Source: Octopus sinensis
Lineage: Eukaryota
Direction: 5' to 3'
Assembly (NCBI RefSeq): GCF_006345805.1
Contig: NC_043010.1
Coordinates: forward strand, 35,092,001-35,156,000
DNA: 64,000 bases
Shown: in pieces, positions 36,353-49,888 of the stretch
Layout of the letters: each line of letters begins with the position of its first letter
How positions within the stretch are numbered: position 1 is the stretch's first letter
Program-made: the position numbers and the translations under genes
Notes under the pieces: model-generated
The model's input: only the letters and a program-made list of their open reading frames with translations
Told to the model about the DNA's origin: nothing
The model's database searches: none

Positions 36353-39179
36353 TTGGTATGTGTTCACAAAGTCCAAACGATTAATACGAAAAAACCCTCC
36401 AGGCTACATCCCGAAAATTCATTTCTTTGCCGAATTTCTATAATGTTTACAGCGATTCGTTTTTATATCTTGATTTTTTATTTTTCATGATGTGGGTGGG
36501 AGTAGAAAAGTGAAGGGAAATACACTATAATTACTAACTTGGATACTTATATATTTAAAACTTTTAGGTTTTGAACTATTGAACTAAGTTGAAAGCTAGG
36601 TCCTAGTCAGATCGTTCTTGGATCATGGATTAATAAGCATTGCATACAATAGAGTAACCTGAATGCTAAAGGGTTAAAGTCTCCCTCATTGTACCAGATA
36701 GTGAACTGATGGTAGAATGGTCTGAGAAGGAACAGTAAATTTTGATGCTCATTTATGGATTATCCTCCAATAAATATGTAAGGCCATACAGCTTTTAAAA
36801 CACACTTAATTCAACCACCACCACCACCATCACCACTACCATCACTATTGTCTACATGATATTTTACTTGACTAATTGTATTTTTGGACATTTTTTTTCC
36901 TCTTTCCAAACAGTTATCTAAAGAAATGTCTCATTCATTTATCATATTTGCTCTTATCATTCTGCATAAAAAAATTCTTTGTCCTTGATGAAAAACAATA
37001 ACATGTGTCTTATCTCATCATTTATTTTGTGTATATATCTAAAACCTAGACAAGCATTGTTCCATTGTTATTTCATACAAATATTTCATAAGAGTTCATG
37101 CTGATAAAGGAACTTAAAACATGTCTTCCAACAGATTGAAAACTTTATGCACAACATATTTATTTAAATGTTTGATATCTCAGTTCATTAGCAATAGTTT
37201 TGTTGATAATAGGTTATAAATTACTAGTTTTAGTAGTTTCAATTACTAGTTTATTGCATTTCTGATAGCAATTTACTTTTTCTCTGTTGATTGGAGCAAG
37301 GAAGATAGTACACATGATTCTTTCAGGTGCTTTGAGGCTTGTGGTACAGAAAGGAGGAACTTTGGACTGGAGATCTGGCTTTGCAACAGTCTTTCCTACT
37401 AAAGGCACCCAAAGACCAGGTTGTTGTATTAAACCAGGTCATAGGCTGGGTGTACTATACATGAATAGGAATGACCCCTCTGATAAGTTTATGCGCAGTT
37501 TCCAAAAAATTGCAAATTATATTTTCTTTCTCAGCAAAGGTTTTATATATATGTTTTAATATCATTTAATCAAAGATGTTTATTTCAAAAATATTTTATT
37601 TCATATTCTGCAAACTCAATATTTGCATTTACTTAAATGACTTTTCAATAAATAATATTCCTTCTCAAGGTTCTGTTTTTATCATTATGATGTTTCTTTC
37701 TGATTTGAAGAAGACTTGGTGATTGTTTTTAGTAGGTCAAGTAACCACATAAAAGCTTTCATATTAGTAAATATGCATGTGTATGTTAGTAATATTTGGG
37801 GCAAACAATGTGAATGTCAAAAGGAATTTTTTTTTATAATAATTTTTATCAGCAAAATTGATTTCTAATTTTGACACAAGGCCAACAAGATCAGGAGATA
37901 GGGGTTAGTCAATTATATCGACCCCAATACTCAATTGGTATTTTTTTATCGACCCCAAAAGGATGAAAGGCAATGTCGAACTCAGTGGAATTTGAATTCA
38001 GAATGTAAAAACAGACAAAACACCGCTAAGCATTTTGCCCAGTGTGGTCATGATTCTGCCAGTTCACCACCTTAATTTTGTCAACAATGTTAATATAACA
38101 TTTTAGTCAAACATTTTCTAAAATATAAACAAAGTGGTAAATGATAAATTTCAAGGAACTATTTTTATTCACAATAAGGACTATCTACGTGATTTAAAAA
38201 AAATTTTATATCACTAATATTTACGTGTATAATATTTGACTGTTTTTCTGACAGAAGGTTTTTGTATGATAGCTTACCCACTTCAAAATTAAGTAGTTTC
38301 AAATGGTAGGAAGAAATGCATTTATTAAGTCAAAATAGGTTTATAACTCCACTAGCTGTTTTACTGACAAAAGAATTTAATAAATCTGTTGCTATTTTTG
38401 TTTCTCTTTCTTCATGCTGTTTCCCATCATTATTTTTTCCTTTTCATCTCACAGTCTATTGTTGTAGTGAGAGTGAAATATTCAGGGCCACTTTTTTTGG
38501 TGGGGTGGACAGGCGTTTCTTGGCAATATTCAACAGAAAAATTTAAAACCCTAACCAAAATTAACATAAAAACCATATATTTTCCTTTATGTAGATTCAA
38601 TGAATGAATTGATAAATTGTCTGTTTTTATTTCATTTCTCTTAAGTTACCTGAAAACCATCTTAATCTGAAGATAGCATGTGATGGACAAACAGATGGAC
38701 TCATAGTATCCTCAAGTGATACAATGTTATTTATCCATCAAAGTATTTCCTTTTTTTTAATAATAAAATACCAGCTCTTTTCTCTTGTGATCACATTAGC
38801 CCCAGAATAGTTTCAATTCATTTGACTCTACCACTGTGTTAAGTGGTACTCATAATATTCCCCTTTTTCCCTTCTACTTAAGTTTCTTCCTGAAATTCTA
38901 GTGCACAATCTCAATAACGTTGTTATCATGTCTCTTTCTGTGCCAGAGTGTTGTACACATTTACAATAGATCTGACTGTTTCCCCTTTCATTTCACAAAG
39001 TTTGCATAATTGTGACTGTATGGTTTTGTAGATGTTATTGTATTATGAAGGATGGAAGAAAGGTCACTTCCTTTCAGATGTTGAATGACACAAAGAAAAA
39101 AAAATATACAAAATTCTAAATGGTATTTATTGTGTGACCCTAGAACACTCACTAACTCACCCTCTGGACTAGAATCCAC

Positions 39180-39975
39180 TCCAGTTCTATATTTAAGAGA
39201 TGAGGAATTACGTACAGTATTTACATTGTTTACATTTGACGGATATTTGTCCTCATCTTGTTTGCTGTTAACACAGCGTTTCAGCTGATATACCCTCCAG
39301 CCTTCATCAGGTGTCTTGGGGAAATTTCAAACCTGGGTTCTCATTCCTAAGGTATTTTTCGATGTTATTATAATTATTATTATTATTATTTTTATTATTA
39401 TTCAGGTCACTGCCTGGAATTGAACTCGGAATCTTGGGGTTGGTAGCTCATGCTCTTAACCACTATGACATATGCATGTGGGCAATTATGGAGTGAATTT
39501 TAGGGGTTATAAATCTAACATATGTGCTGCTTCTTTTAGTTTTCGTATTTTCCAGTGGTGTTCTCTATCTATTATTTTAACTTCATCCTACAGGGGGAGG
39601 TGGTCACCATTTTTCCATACATGATCAGCTAAACCTGATTTATCAATATCTACCCATGTCACAGCTTTGCGATGTTCATCTACCCTTATTTTGAAGGGTT
39701 GGCATGTTTCGCCAACCTGCTACAGCTGCATGGGATGGAGTACATGCAGTCTTTGGTCATATTCTCTTCCATTGGTGATTTTATTTGGAGGAGATAGTTA
39801 TTAAGTGTTGTATTACTCTTGAATACTGTCCTGATGTCATACAGACTGCATATCTTTTGTATCTTCTGGGGAGGCCTTTCACATATCTTTTGTATCTTTT
39901 CGGAGAGGCCTTTCACAATCCTCCTGTATCAGGAGGATTGCCTCATTTTCATTACCATTTCTCTTTCTTTCTAAT
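39180..39975 (-). mobile_element. PLE 3' remnant: GIY-YIG piece, tRNA-like head and hammerhead motif
   Basis: CMYSIPCSC (39686..39916) and DEHRKAV..VDIDKSGLADHVWKNGDH; tRNA-like segment at 39403-39481; HHR core at 39265-39315. Confidence 0.75.
39265..39315 (-). ncRNA. Minimal hammerhead ribozyme motif, probably inactive in this copy
   Basis: gacac-CTGATGA-aggctg...cagct-GAAAC-GCT-gtgtt. Stem I pairs, but the cleavage triplet is GCU instead of NUH. Confidence 0.6.
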
Positions 39976-39981
39976 GTTGTA

Positions 39982-40374
39982 TCTATTTATATAAAATCTG
40001 TTCTGTCTGTCTGTGTGTGTGTCTTCTAGGATCTCGGGCATCCTCCATCCGATTGCACTCAAATTTGATATGTAGATACCGACGGTATCAGGGCGTGTAT
40101 AAGTCTTGAAAAAATTACAAAAATCGATTCCAGGTGAGAATGTGATCGATAAAGCCGTGGGAACGTACATTTGTATGTGCAAGTACATCAGCTGTTGTGA
40201 TCGATACTATGCGTACACGAGAAAAAAGCATGTGCAGTTTGCACAGAAAAAGCCGGCTGGCTTGAAATAATGCCACAAAATGGGATGGTCGGAAAAGTTG
40301 TTTTGAGAAAATTTGTCTTAAATGTTTGACAACTCAGTACCGTTCATTGGACGGGGGGGGGAGCGTTTTGCTCA
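39982..40374 (+). mobile_element. Non-autonomous Helitron-like element, family 1, copy 2
   Basis: A|TC start, 3' hairpin and CTCA|T end. Inserted into the PLE remnant. Confidence 0.7.
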
Positions 40375-40783
40375 TACCATATATTTATATATCATTCTCT
40401 TCTATGTAAACCCTCAAAACTTTATTCAAAAGTGGGCATTATTGTATTGTATTGTAAATAAAACACTTGTTTAACTGGTAGTCTCTTAACACTTAAATAT
40501 ACTGGTTTACAGTAGTAGACAAGAGAACACAGCTAAGAGAAGTCACTGACCTTCAGTAATTAAGAGTAATCTTGTCTTGTCAGGTTCCATTATTGGACCA
40601 AAGGTGTCTGTCTTCTTTTGGAATGCCTCATTTCATACCTTTTAGATTTCTTGCTTTTATTCTAATGTCTGTGTCTTTCAGAGTCAGTTCTGAGTAACCC
40701 CACTTCCCATTGTTTTCATAATTTTTCTTGTAGTACATCCTTCATCCATCACCCATGAGTCAAATAAAATAGCAATTGCCAAC

Positions 40784-40849
40784 CTTTTCTGTACCATAGA
40801 CTGGTTCCATGCCCAAATATTTTTCACAGACAGGGAACCATGCACATAA
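40784..40849 (-). CDS. Candidate internal exon of an unidentified host gene (LCAWFPVCEKYLGMEPVYGTEK)
   Basis: Acceptor tttattctgtttag, donor AAG|gttggc, 66 nt, phase 0-0, open frame. No homolog recognised. Confidence 0.4.
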
Positions 40850-41184
40850 CTAAACAGAATAAAGTGCATAATATAAAATCTAATTATTAGCAAAGCACCT
40901 GTGCTGGTGCCATGTGAAAAGCATCCAGGCTGGCATTATGTGAAAAGCACTGAGGGTGACACAGCATGAAAAGCACCTGTGCCAGTGCCGCAAAAAAAAA
41001 GCACCTAGTACAATCTGTAAAGTGGTTGGCATTAAGAAGGGCATCCAGCCCTAGAAACTATATCAAAACAAACAACTGAAGCCTGGTTCAGCTCTCTAGC
41101 TTGCCATCTCTTGTCAAACCATCCAACCCATGCCAGCATGGAAAATGGACATTAAGTGATGATGATGGTTACACATATGATACA

Positions 41185-41568
41185 TCTATTATATAAAATC
41201 TGCTCTGTCTGTCTGTGTGTGTGTCTTCTAGGATCTCGGGCATCCTCCATCCGATTGCGCTCAAATTTGATATGTAGATACCGACGGTATCAGGGCATGT
41301 ATAAGTTTTAAAAAAATTACAAAAATCGATTCCAGGTGAGAATGTGATCAATAAAGCCATGGGAACGTGCATTTGTAAAATCGTTTTTCTTGGAATAGAA
41401 AAAAAGTCTATCTTTATTTCTTCTTTTGCTGGTGTCTCAAATTTAGAATAAATCAGTGTTTCTCAAAGGCGTGGCCTATGGGATGGTCGGACAAGTTGTT
41501 TTGAAAAAATTTGGTTTAAATGTTTGACAACTCAGCACCGTCCATTGGACGGGGTTGCGTTTTGCTCA
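41185..41568 (+). mobile_element. Non-autonomous Helitron-like element, family 1, copy 3 (internal segment replaced)
   Basis: Same 5' and 3' ends as copies 1 and 2; ~41377-41480 is unrelated sequence. Confidence 0.7.
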
Positions 41569-41662
41569 TTAAATTTATAATGCAAAAACACTCAGCAGAC
41601 TGTGATAGTCAGTATAATAGAAATATAATTTTAAAATTTATCCTTTCTGTATGGCCTGAAAC

Positions 41663-41701
41663 CAGCTTGATACTGGTCTGAGGCCCAGTAGTTGGGGCTC
41701 C
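41663..41701 (-). CDS. Candidate exon (GAPTTGPQTSIKL)
   Basis: Strong acceptor tcttttatttcag, weak donor CTG|gtttca, 39 nt, phase 0-0. Confidence 0.25.
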
Positions 41702-42576
41702 CTGAAATAAAAGATATGATTGTTATCAATTCAGTATATTTATATGCTAAAATATTACTAGTTAAAATAAATTTAGCAGTCAAACTTTGTCTTCCTTTGT
41801 TTCTCCAAAATAAACAAAAGAAAACAAATTCACATGACATTCTTCATTAGAATTCTGCTGTTGACTTCCTTAAGATGTCTTTAGCATAGTGAGTCAGAAA
41901 TTAAAGGCATTACTGTTCTGAGTTCACACACCTATGTATAGACACACACAAACATGCACACAAACACATACACACACAGAGAAACACATACACACACACA
42001 CATGCATATAAGACACTAAAACCGTTAGCTTCTATGACCTCTAAAAGAAAATAAGAAGACAGGAAAAACAGACACATGAGAACAACAACTGTAATCAAGA
42101 AAGCAGGAATTATTTTGCTTCCCACTTCAATTTCAAGAAATAATAGGTGATAAAGCTATTATATATCTATATAAAGCATTGCAAACTACAGGTTATATAT
42201 CACAAGTGACTTTCAGTTACATTTTCAAATATATTGATTGAAACCTGAATTCATATATATATCTTCATCATCATCATCATCATCATTTAACGTCCGTTTT
42301 CCATGCTAGCATGGGTTGGATGGTTTTGACTGAGGGCTGGCAACTAGATGGCTGCACCAGGCTCCAGTCTTGATCTGGCAGAGTTTCTACAGCTGGATGC
42401 CTGTCCTAACGCCAACCACTCCGAGAGTGTAGTGGGTGCTTTTTACGTGCCACCTGCATATATATGATGTAACATTTGGTATAATTATAAACAGGGAAAT
42501 TTTTAAGCCATTTTTCCATAGAGTGAAAAAAAAAACGAACAGTCTTAATTAATTTTGAAACCTTATTGGGTACTCA

Positions 42577-43870
42577 TTAAAGCTCTTTTACCACATCAAC
42601 ACCAAATTTCTCATACTCTATGTTGTCTGATATCCTTTTAATGTCTGTATTGATCTTCCAGAACTTTAAACCATTTTTGTACTTTTTCACCTCTTCCATC
42701 TGCTTTTCTGAAAGTAGTACACATGTGCCACCCTCTCTCTGGTGTTCATATATCCTTCTGTAAGGACAAATTTTGCCATCTGCCAACCTGTCATATTCTT
42801 TTAGTATACAAACATAATTTACTTCACGGGGAGGAGAATTCTTTGTACAATGTTGTGATTGCATTTCTTTTTTCTTTTTGAATTGTGTAGGAGGGGGCTG
42901 GGTGGGTTCAGTGTCTGTAGAGAGGTGGGTCTCAGAGGGTATGGGTGGAGTGGGTAAGGTTTGGGGGTCCCACATCACACTGTTGTTTTTTCCCCTTTTT
43001 TCTGCAATTTTCCATTCTTCGTCTCTTTCCTTTTCCTCTTCTTGCTTCTTTTCTGGCATCTCAGTCATCCTTTCCATAGTCTGCTTTTGCAGAGGGCAGT
43101 GTGCTCTAATGTGACCTTTTTGGCCACATTTAAAACAACACCCCGCACTTTCAACATTAGGTCTCCAATTGATACCGTCTCCACCAAATTTTCGAGTGTC
43201 TCCACTGCAGCCTGTACAATCAGATCCATAGTTTGTCCTTTCCACATTGAGCCTTCCATCTTTGTGGCTTGGAGGACGGCTACTTCTTCCTCACTTCCCA
43301 GAAGAACAGCTGCCGCGACCCAAGCCACATCAATTTCCAGAGGAATTTCCTCCACCTTTATCCTTGAAGTCCTTCTTCCCAAATAAGTGGATAGAAGGAC
43401 CACTTTGTTTTTACAGTGTTTGTCACATTTTCTTTAGCTTTGGCTTCCATCTTATAATGGACTATAATGGTTCCAAATTTGTTCCCTCTTGCCAGATACG
43501 TTAAATCTTGCCAGACTGAGCATAATGCCCTCTCTATAACTTCAGCTTCTACGTGTTCAATTTTCCTTTCCTCCACTGAGTACACCTTGTATGCTTACAG
43601 TCTTCCTGTCTATTTTGTCCATATCTTCTGGGGTGGTGACAGCTTAACATCACTGCCCACTCTACATGCCATGTTTTCATATCTTTCAGTATCTGAAAGG
43701 TCCACTTCCATTTTCTTTATTTCTGTCGCTTCAGTGAACCTCTTCTTTTTTAGACATTCATCCATTCTACCGACTGCAAGAACCAGTTCCTCCTCCGAAA
43801 AGGACAATTCAGAACCACTAAGGTCTGATTAAAACATCCTTTTTGCCATGGCTTCTCATGATTTTATTGA
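42577..43870 (-). pseudogene. Gag-like ORF1 (zinc knuckle) of an L1/Tx1-type retroelement, frameshifted
   Basis: Overlapping ORF pieces 43610..43807, 43358..43585, 43065..43403 and 42577..43245, including CFKCGQKGHIRAHCP and a Pro/Lys/Glu-rich tail. Confidence 0.7.
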
Positions 43871-44451
43871 GAGAAAGCACAACTTGAAAACCGCTGCAAA
43901 CCAGCACAAAATAACCAACAATTCAAACAAGAGTAATAAACAAACTTCAGCTCACCAGAATGTTGAACAAACATTGAAAAAACCATGTAGTCTAAACAAT
44001 TTCACAGTATTTATACTTGAATAAAAGTGGGAAAATTTTCATCTTGCATTATCTCAAAGCTACAAGAATTCAATAACATGATTTGCATATTTTTTTAGCA
44101 ATTTCATAGAGCAGTCAGATATGGCTGGATTTGGCTGGTTTGAACAAATACAAAGGAATTAATTTTGGCCGGTTTTGGCTGGTTTGAACACTAAAGAGTT
44201 CTGAAAGTGGTTGTACTGAATTTCATTTTAGCAGTAGCATATATGTATATGGTATTTATGTGTATACTTACACATGAATTCTATGGACCAGTGAATCTCT
44301 TAGTCATAAACAAATATTTAAGCTTATTCAAGTGTAAAACCACCAAGTCCACACAAGATCCAGCTAATTGATAATTTATGCATATTAACATTATATTATG
44401 ATTTCTTTTTTCATTCACGAAACAGCTGCTTGTTTTTACATCTGCTCTTAC

Positions 44452-44498
44452 CTTCCTACCTATAGACACAATCAAACTAACACATCTAAAGGGACTGC
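44452..44498 (-). CDS. Candidate exon (xSPFRCVSLIVSIGRK)
   Basis: Acceptor gctttttag, strong donor AAG|gtaaga, 47 nt, phase 1-0. Confidence 0.35.
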
Positions 44499-44609
44499 CT
44501 AAAAAGCTATTAAAAGCCATATTTTTGAGCCAAACAGATACAATATAAATTTCACGAAACCCTACAGTTCACCATCAATGATTTGTGCGTGTGTGTGTGT
44601 GTGTGTGTG

Positions 44610-44640
<31 letters not shown>

Positions 44641-44933
44641 TTAAAACATCACCCTCATTTTTACATCTGCTTTTCCTTGCTGGCATATGATATTGGAGAA
44701 GATTTTTTTTTAGGCATTTTATGGCTTGGCACCCTTTCTGATGTCGTTTCTTTTTGTTTTTTAACCCTTTACAAGCGTGCAGGAATAAGGTGTACTTATT
44801 TTGAAAACTGGAATACACATATATACAGATACATGCACAGGAATGCACACACATATATATAAATAAGTGTATGTGTGTGTGGATGCAATATATACAGAGA
44901 TCCTTATATACAAACATTTGTTTGTGTGTACAC

Positions 44934-45008
<75 letters not shown>

Positions 45009-45680
45009 GTTTATATTATGTATGGCATCCGTGTCAGTGACACGTAAAAGCATCAACCGATCATGGCCGTTTGCCAGCCTGCGCTGGCTCCTGTGCCGGA
45101 GGCACGTAAAAAACACCCACTACACTCACGGGGTGGTTGGCATTAGGAAGGGCATCCAGCTGTAGAAACACTGCCAAATAAGACTGGAGCCTGGTGCAGC
45201 CTCCATGGCTTACCAGACACCGGTCAAACCGTCCAACCCATGCTAGCATGGAAAACGGACGTTAAATGATGATGATGATGTATGCATGTATGTATGTAAA
45301 GTATACTGACAGTTCGAAAAAGAAAGCAGTGAACTTAGGCTTATAATGAGCAGAATGTTTGGATACCTGTGGAGTATAACCTCCCATTATACTTGTTTTG
45401 TAGTTTCAAGGTGCTGGAACGGGTCGCCGAATTGTTAGGGAGTGAGAGAAGGGGTGTCTATTGTCTAAAAGAAATCTTTTATCTAAAAAATCTCCAGGCA
45501 TGTTCTTGACCCCTAGACAGAAGATAAACTGTTTTTATAACAAATTTTTATAAATCTTTACTGGTATCTGATAAGATGAGATACATTGAAACTGGTAATA
45601 TTTTCTTAATATAATTTTAAATTGAAATGTCTGAGATTTACTTCTGTGCTTATTTCCTTCCCCATCTTTTTTATATGTGC

Positions 45681-45720
<40 letters not shown>

Positions 45721-46129
45721 TTTTATTCATTTATTCTTTTACTTGCTTCAGTCACTCGACTGTGGTCATGCTGGGGCACAGACTTTAGCCAAACAAATCA
45801 GAACTTATTCTTTATATGCCAAGTACTTATTTTATCAGTCTCTTTTGCCGAACCGCCAGGTGATGGGGATGAAAACAGACCAACATTGGTTGTCAAGTGA
45901 TGGTGGTGGGGGGACAAACACAGACACACAAACACGCACACATACACACATACACACACACACACACACATACTTTCAGTTTCCATCTACCAAATCCACT
46001 CAAGTCTTTGGTCTGCCCATGGCTACAGTAGAAGACAGTTGCCCAAGATACCGCACAGTGGGACTGAACCCAGAACCATGTGGTTGATAAGCAAGCTACT
46101 TACCACATAGCCACTCCTGTGCCTATATG

Positions 46130-46160
<31 letters not shown>

Positions 46161-46931
46161 ATGTATATTTATGCATGTATATAGCCTTTAAGTTTGTTTA
46201 CAGGGAAACATTTTTGAGTACACATATAAAAGCTTCTATTTGAATGTGTCGGCTACAGCTTAATGATACCAATGTGCAACAGCAGTTTTATGGGTTTGTA
46301 CCAAGCTGTGTCAATATAATGTAGGATAACTATAGTAATAATAATAATCCATGGCTGGAATTTATAAATATTTGAAATCTCTATAAGTACATTTTCACAT
46401 GAAACATGTGATTAGTACATTTCCACATATCACATGTTTCATACAACCATAGTCTGTATTCCTGAGGTGATTAATTACAGCTGGTATTTCTTCCATGAAT
46501 TCATTGAGGAAGTGCCTGCTGTGACTAAGGGAAAACCAATGACCTATACTACCCCATTCCAACACGTACACACACAAATATCAAAACAAGTCTAGCCTCA
46601 CCACACACGCCTCCCTCTTCTTTATCATTACTGTTCCTTTCTTGTTTTCCATCATCTACTATTCTTCCCAAAGAAATACACACAGAACTGACCACATACC
46701 CAAATGAACCTTTTGGTTGGTGAGAATTGATAAACATCCTTCTCTTTCCAACTTTAATGCCATATCACCTGAAGAAATGAACACATGTACTAAGACCCCG
46801 CCTGATATCCATGGATATTACAGATTGTACTGTAATTATCCCAGGAATGTGGACTATGGTCATAAGAAAAATGTGATTTGTGGAAATGTGTGTAGTGATG
46901 CCTTAAAAATATTTATAAATTCCATTCATGG

Positions 46932-47090
<159 letters not shown>

Positions 47091-47104
47091 TTTTATTACT
47101 ATTG

Positions 47105-47185
<81 letters not shown>

Positions 47186-48439
47186 TATATACATACACAC
47201 AAACACACGCACACACAAACAAGAAATTGGGGAACTGAGAGAAACAGTAACCTCAAAATTTAAAATCACCATTACTACCAAAGATCTCATTTTAATCTCA
47301 CGGCTATCAGCAGTGTGCCCACTCCAATCCAACAGCTACTGTCATTAATCACACTATAATACCATAGCTACCTTTGGCACTTAACCATTACTTACACAGG
47401 TAACCTCATGCTTATATCACATTTACTACAAATGCTAAGGAGGCCAGCTATCAGAATCATTACTTTCAGTTCAAATGCTGCAGTGGTTGACTTTGCCTTT
47501 CATCTTTTCATGGGCAATAAAATAAGTTCCAGTTGAACACTGGGGTTTATGTAATTGACTCCCTATGTTTCCCTCAAAATTTCAGGCCATTTTCCTATTG
47601 TAGAAAGGATTATTAATTCTGCCTGTACCGCTTGCTACCAGACTGTAATATTGCAACTGCCAATAGAAACCACATTCTAATACCATAGCTAACACAAAAA
47701 CTATCACTCATTAATGCAAACAAAATCACTAGAGATTAACATTCTGATTTCACATCAACCATCTGTGCCCAATTTGAATCCAAACTGCATACATTCGAAT
47801 GTTATAGTTTATTACTGAAAGAGAAAGTGGACACTGTATTGTGTCAAGTGCATTGTGTTTCATGGCTCAAATTGCACAACACTATGATTATCATAGTTAC
47901 TTGATGTTGATGAGTCAATCCTTTTTTTAATTCTTCCTTATAATGAAGTATGAATAAGAAGTGGTTTCTATGAAAATTTCTATATGTGAAACGAAGTTTT
48001 ACAATGCAATGGAACTAGAAAAAAGCATGGCATCTAGTTTAAGAGCAACTAGAGAATGCATGTAGAATGTAGCATAAGCCCAAGATTTTCTAATATTGAT
48101 AAGAGAAAAATGTATTTTCTTCATCAATCTTGAATATAATAAGCTTTATAATAAGCATAATGTAAAAGTTATCTACGGTTGTTTGGAAATCGTCACATTA
48201 TGAGTATCCTTCCACAACTGAAGTTATAGAACTCAACCAATAGCCAGACTGAAATTAAAGCAACAATACCTCTGATGTGGGATGATCCCAGCCAAAACAC
48301 ATTTAATCACAGGTCTCATGGAAGCAACTAACTTATGGCTAAGCAATAACAACAACAACAACAATTAGGATTGAATTAACCGATTATATTCCTCCTCTCT
48401 GAACATGTGACCCTGGGTCAATGTAAAAAATAATCCCAT

Positions 48440-48758
48440 CATCATCATCAGGTCCCCCACCACCATCATCTTCATAACTGTCATTACATTATTAGGCTGC
48501 ACCATTCCTTCTGCCACCACCATCATCAGCATTATCATCATTGTCATCATCATCATCATCATCATTATCATCATCATATTACCACCATCACTCTCATCAT
48601 CACTACTGTCATCATCCTCATCGTCATCTTCATCATCTTTCACATCATCATCATTGCAATAATCATCATCTTCCACATCATCATCATTGCAATAATCATC
48701 ATCTTCATTGTCCTCATCCTTAGCGTCATTGTCATTGTTGTCATCATCATCACCGTTG

Positions 48759-48797
<39 letters not shown>

Positions 48798-48835
48798 ATC
48801 ATCATCATCGTCATCGTTGTCATCGTCAACATCAG
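48440..48835. repeat. Degenerate (CAT/ATC)n low-complexity tract
   Basis: Directly visible; it produces spurious D/M/H/S-rich ORFs. Confidence 0.9.
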
Positions 48836-49803
48836 CAATGTTTTTTACATAGTCATTAGTGTACTGTTATCTATTATTTGGACATACCCATGTTACCCAC
48901 TGAATTGAAAAAGAAAAAAAAAATATATTAAAACAGGTTTAACACCCCCACGTGATTGCTAGTCTTATTAATCTTCAGAACTGTTGTTTAACAGACATTT
49001 GTATATTTAGCTGCTATTCATTTTCATTTCTGAAAATCTGCTTATTTATTTCTGTTTGTTTATTTCACATGTTAATGTCTTTTATCTTTCTATTTTTCTT
49101 TTCTTTGATTTTAAAATCTTGCTTTGCTTCTTTCCTTTCTCTTCCTTCATTTTCTTTCTATCTGACTTTCTCTTTCCTCCTTTCTCTTAGGATTCAACAC
49201 AACCCTGACATAATTTTAACTCAGAGATAAATGAACAAACAATCCGCTGTTATGCATTGTTATGTAAGTGACTTGATCTTAAGTCAGGTCTGGTCACTAG
49301 AAGTTCTGTACCTTGGTTATTTTACTCTTTACTCTTTATTCTTTTACTTGTTTCAGTCATGTGAATGTGGCCATGCTGGAGCACCACCTTTTAGTTGAGC
49401 AAATCGACCCCAGGACTTATTCTTTGTAAGCCTACTACTTATTCTATTGGTCTCTTTTGCCGAACCGCTAAGTTACAGGGACATGAACACACCAGTATCA
49501 GTTGTCAAGCGATGTTGGGGGTACAAACACAGACACACAAACATATATACACACATACATATATATATATACATACATATATACGACGGGCTTCTTTCAG
49601 TTTCCGTCTACCAAATCCACTCACAAGGCTTTGGTCAGCCAGAGGCTATAGTAGAAGACATTTGCCCAAGGTGCCACGCAGTGAGACTGAACCCGGAACC
49701 ATGTGGTTCGTAAGCAAGCTACTTACCACACAGCCACTCCTACATACATTAAAACCCAAGGTTTTATCTGTTTATTTGAATCATTGTCCCCTTTTCTGCT
49801 CAC

Positions 49804-49888
49804 TTGAATTCCCTGTACAGGCAATCTTTACCCTGCTGATTTGGTCCTTGGTAAAGATATCAGAGTGTAAATTCAAATCATATGAGCA
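49804..49888 (-). CDS. Candidate exon (CSYDLNLHSDIFTKDQISRVKIACTGNS)
   Basis: Acceptor actttgtag, donor CAA|gtgagc, 85 nt, phase 0-1, open in only this frame. Confidence 0.35.

Noticed and set aside
40603-40624. GSIIGPK micro-exon resembling a KH-domain GXXG loop
   Set aside because: It is seven residues only, has a weak donor and has no supporting neighbouring plus-strand exons.
48365-48838. 157-aa Asp/Met-rich ORF
   Set aside because: It is the reverse strand of a degenerate (CAT)n tract; all frames give homopolymer-like peptides.
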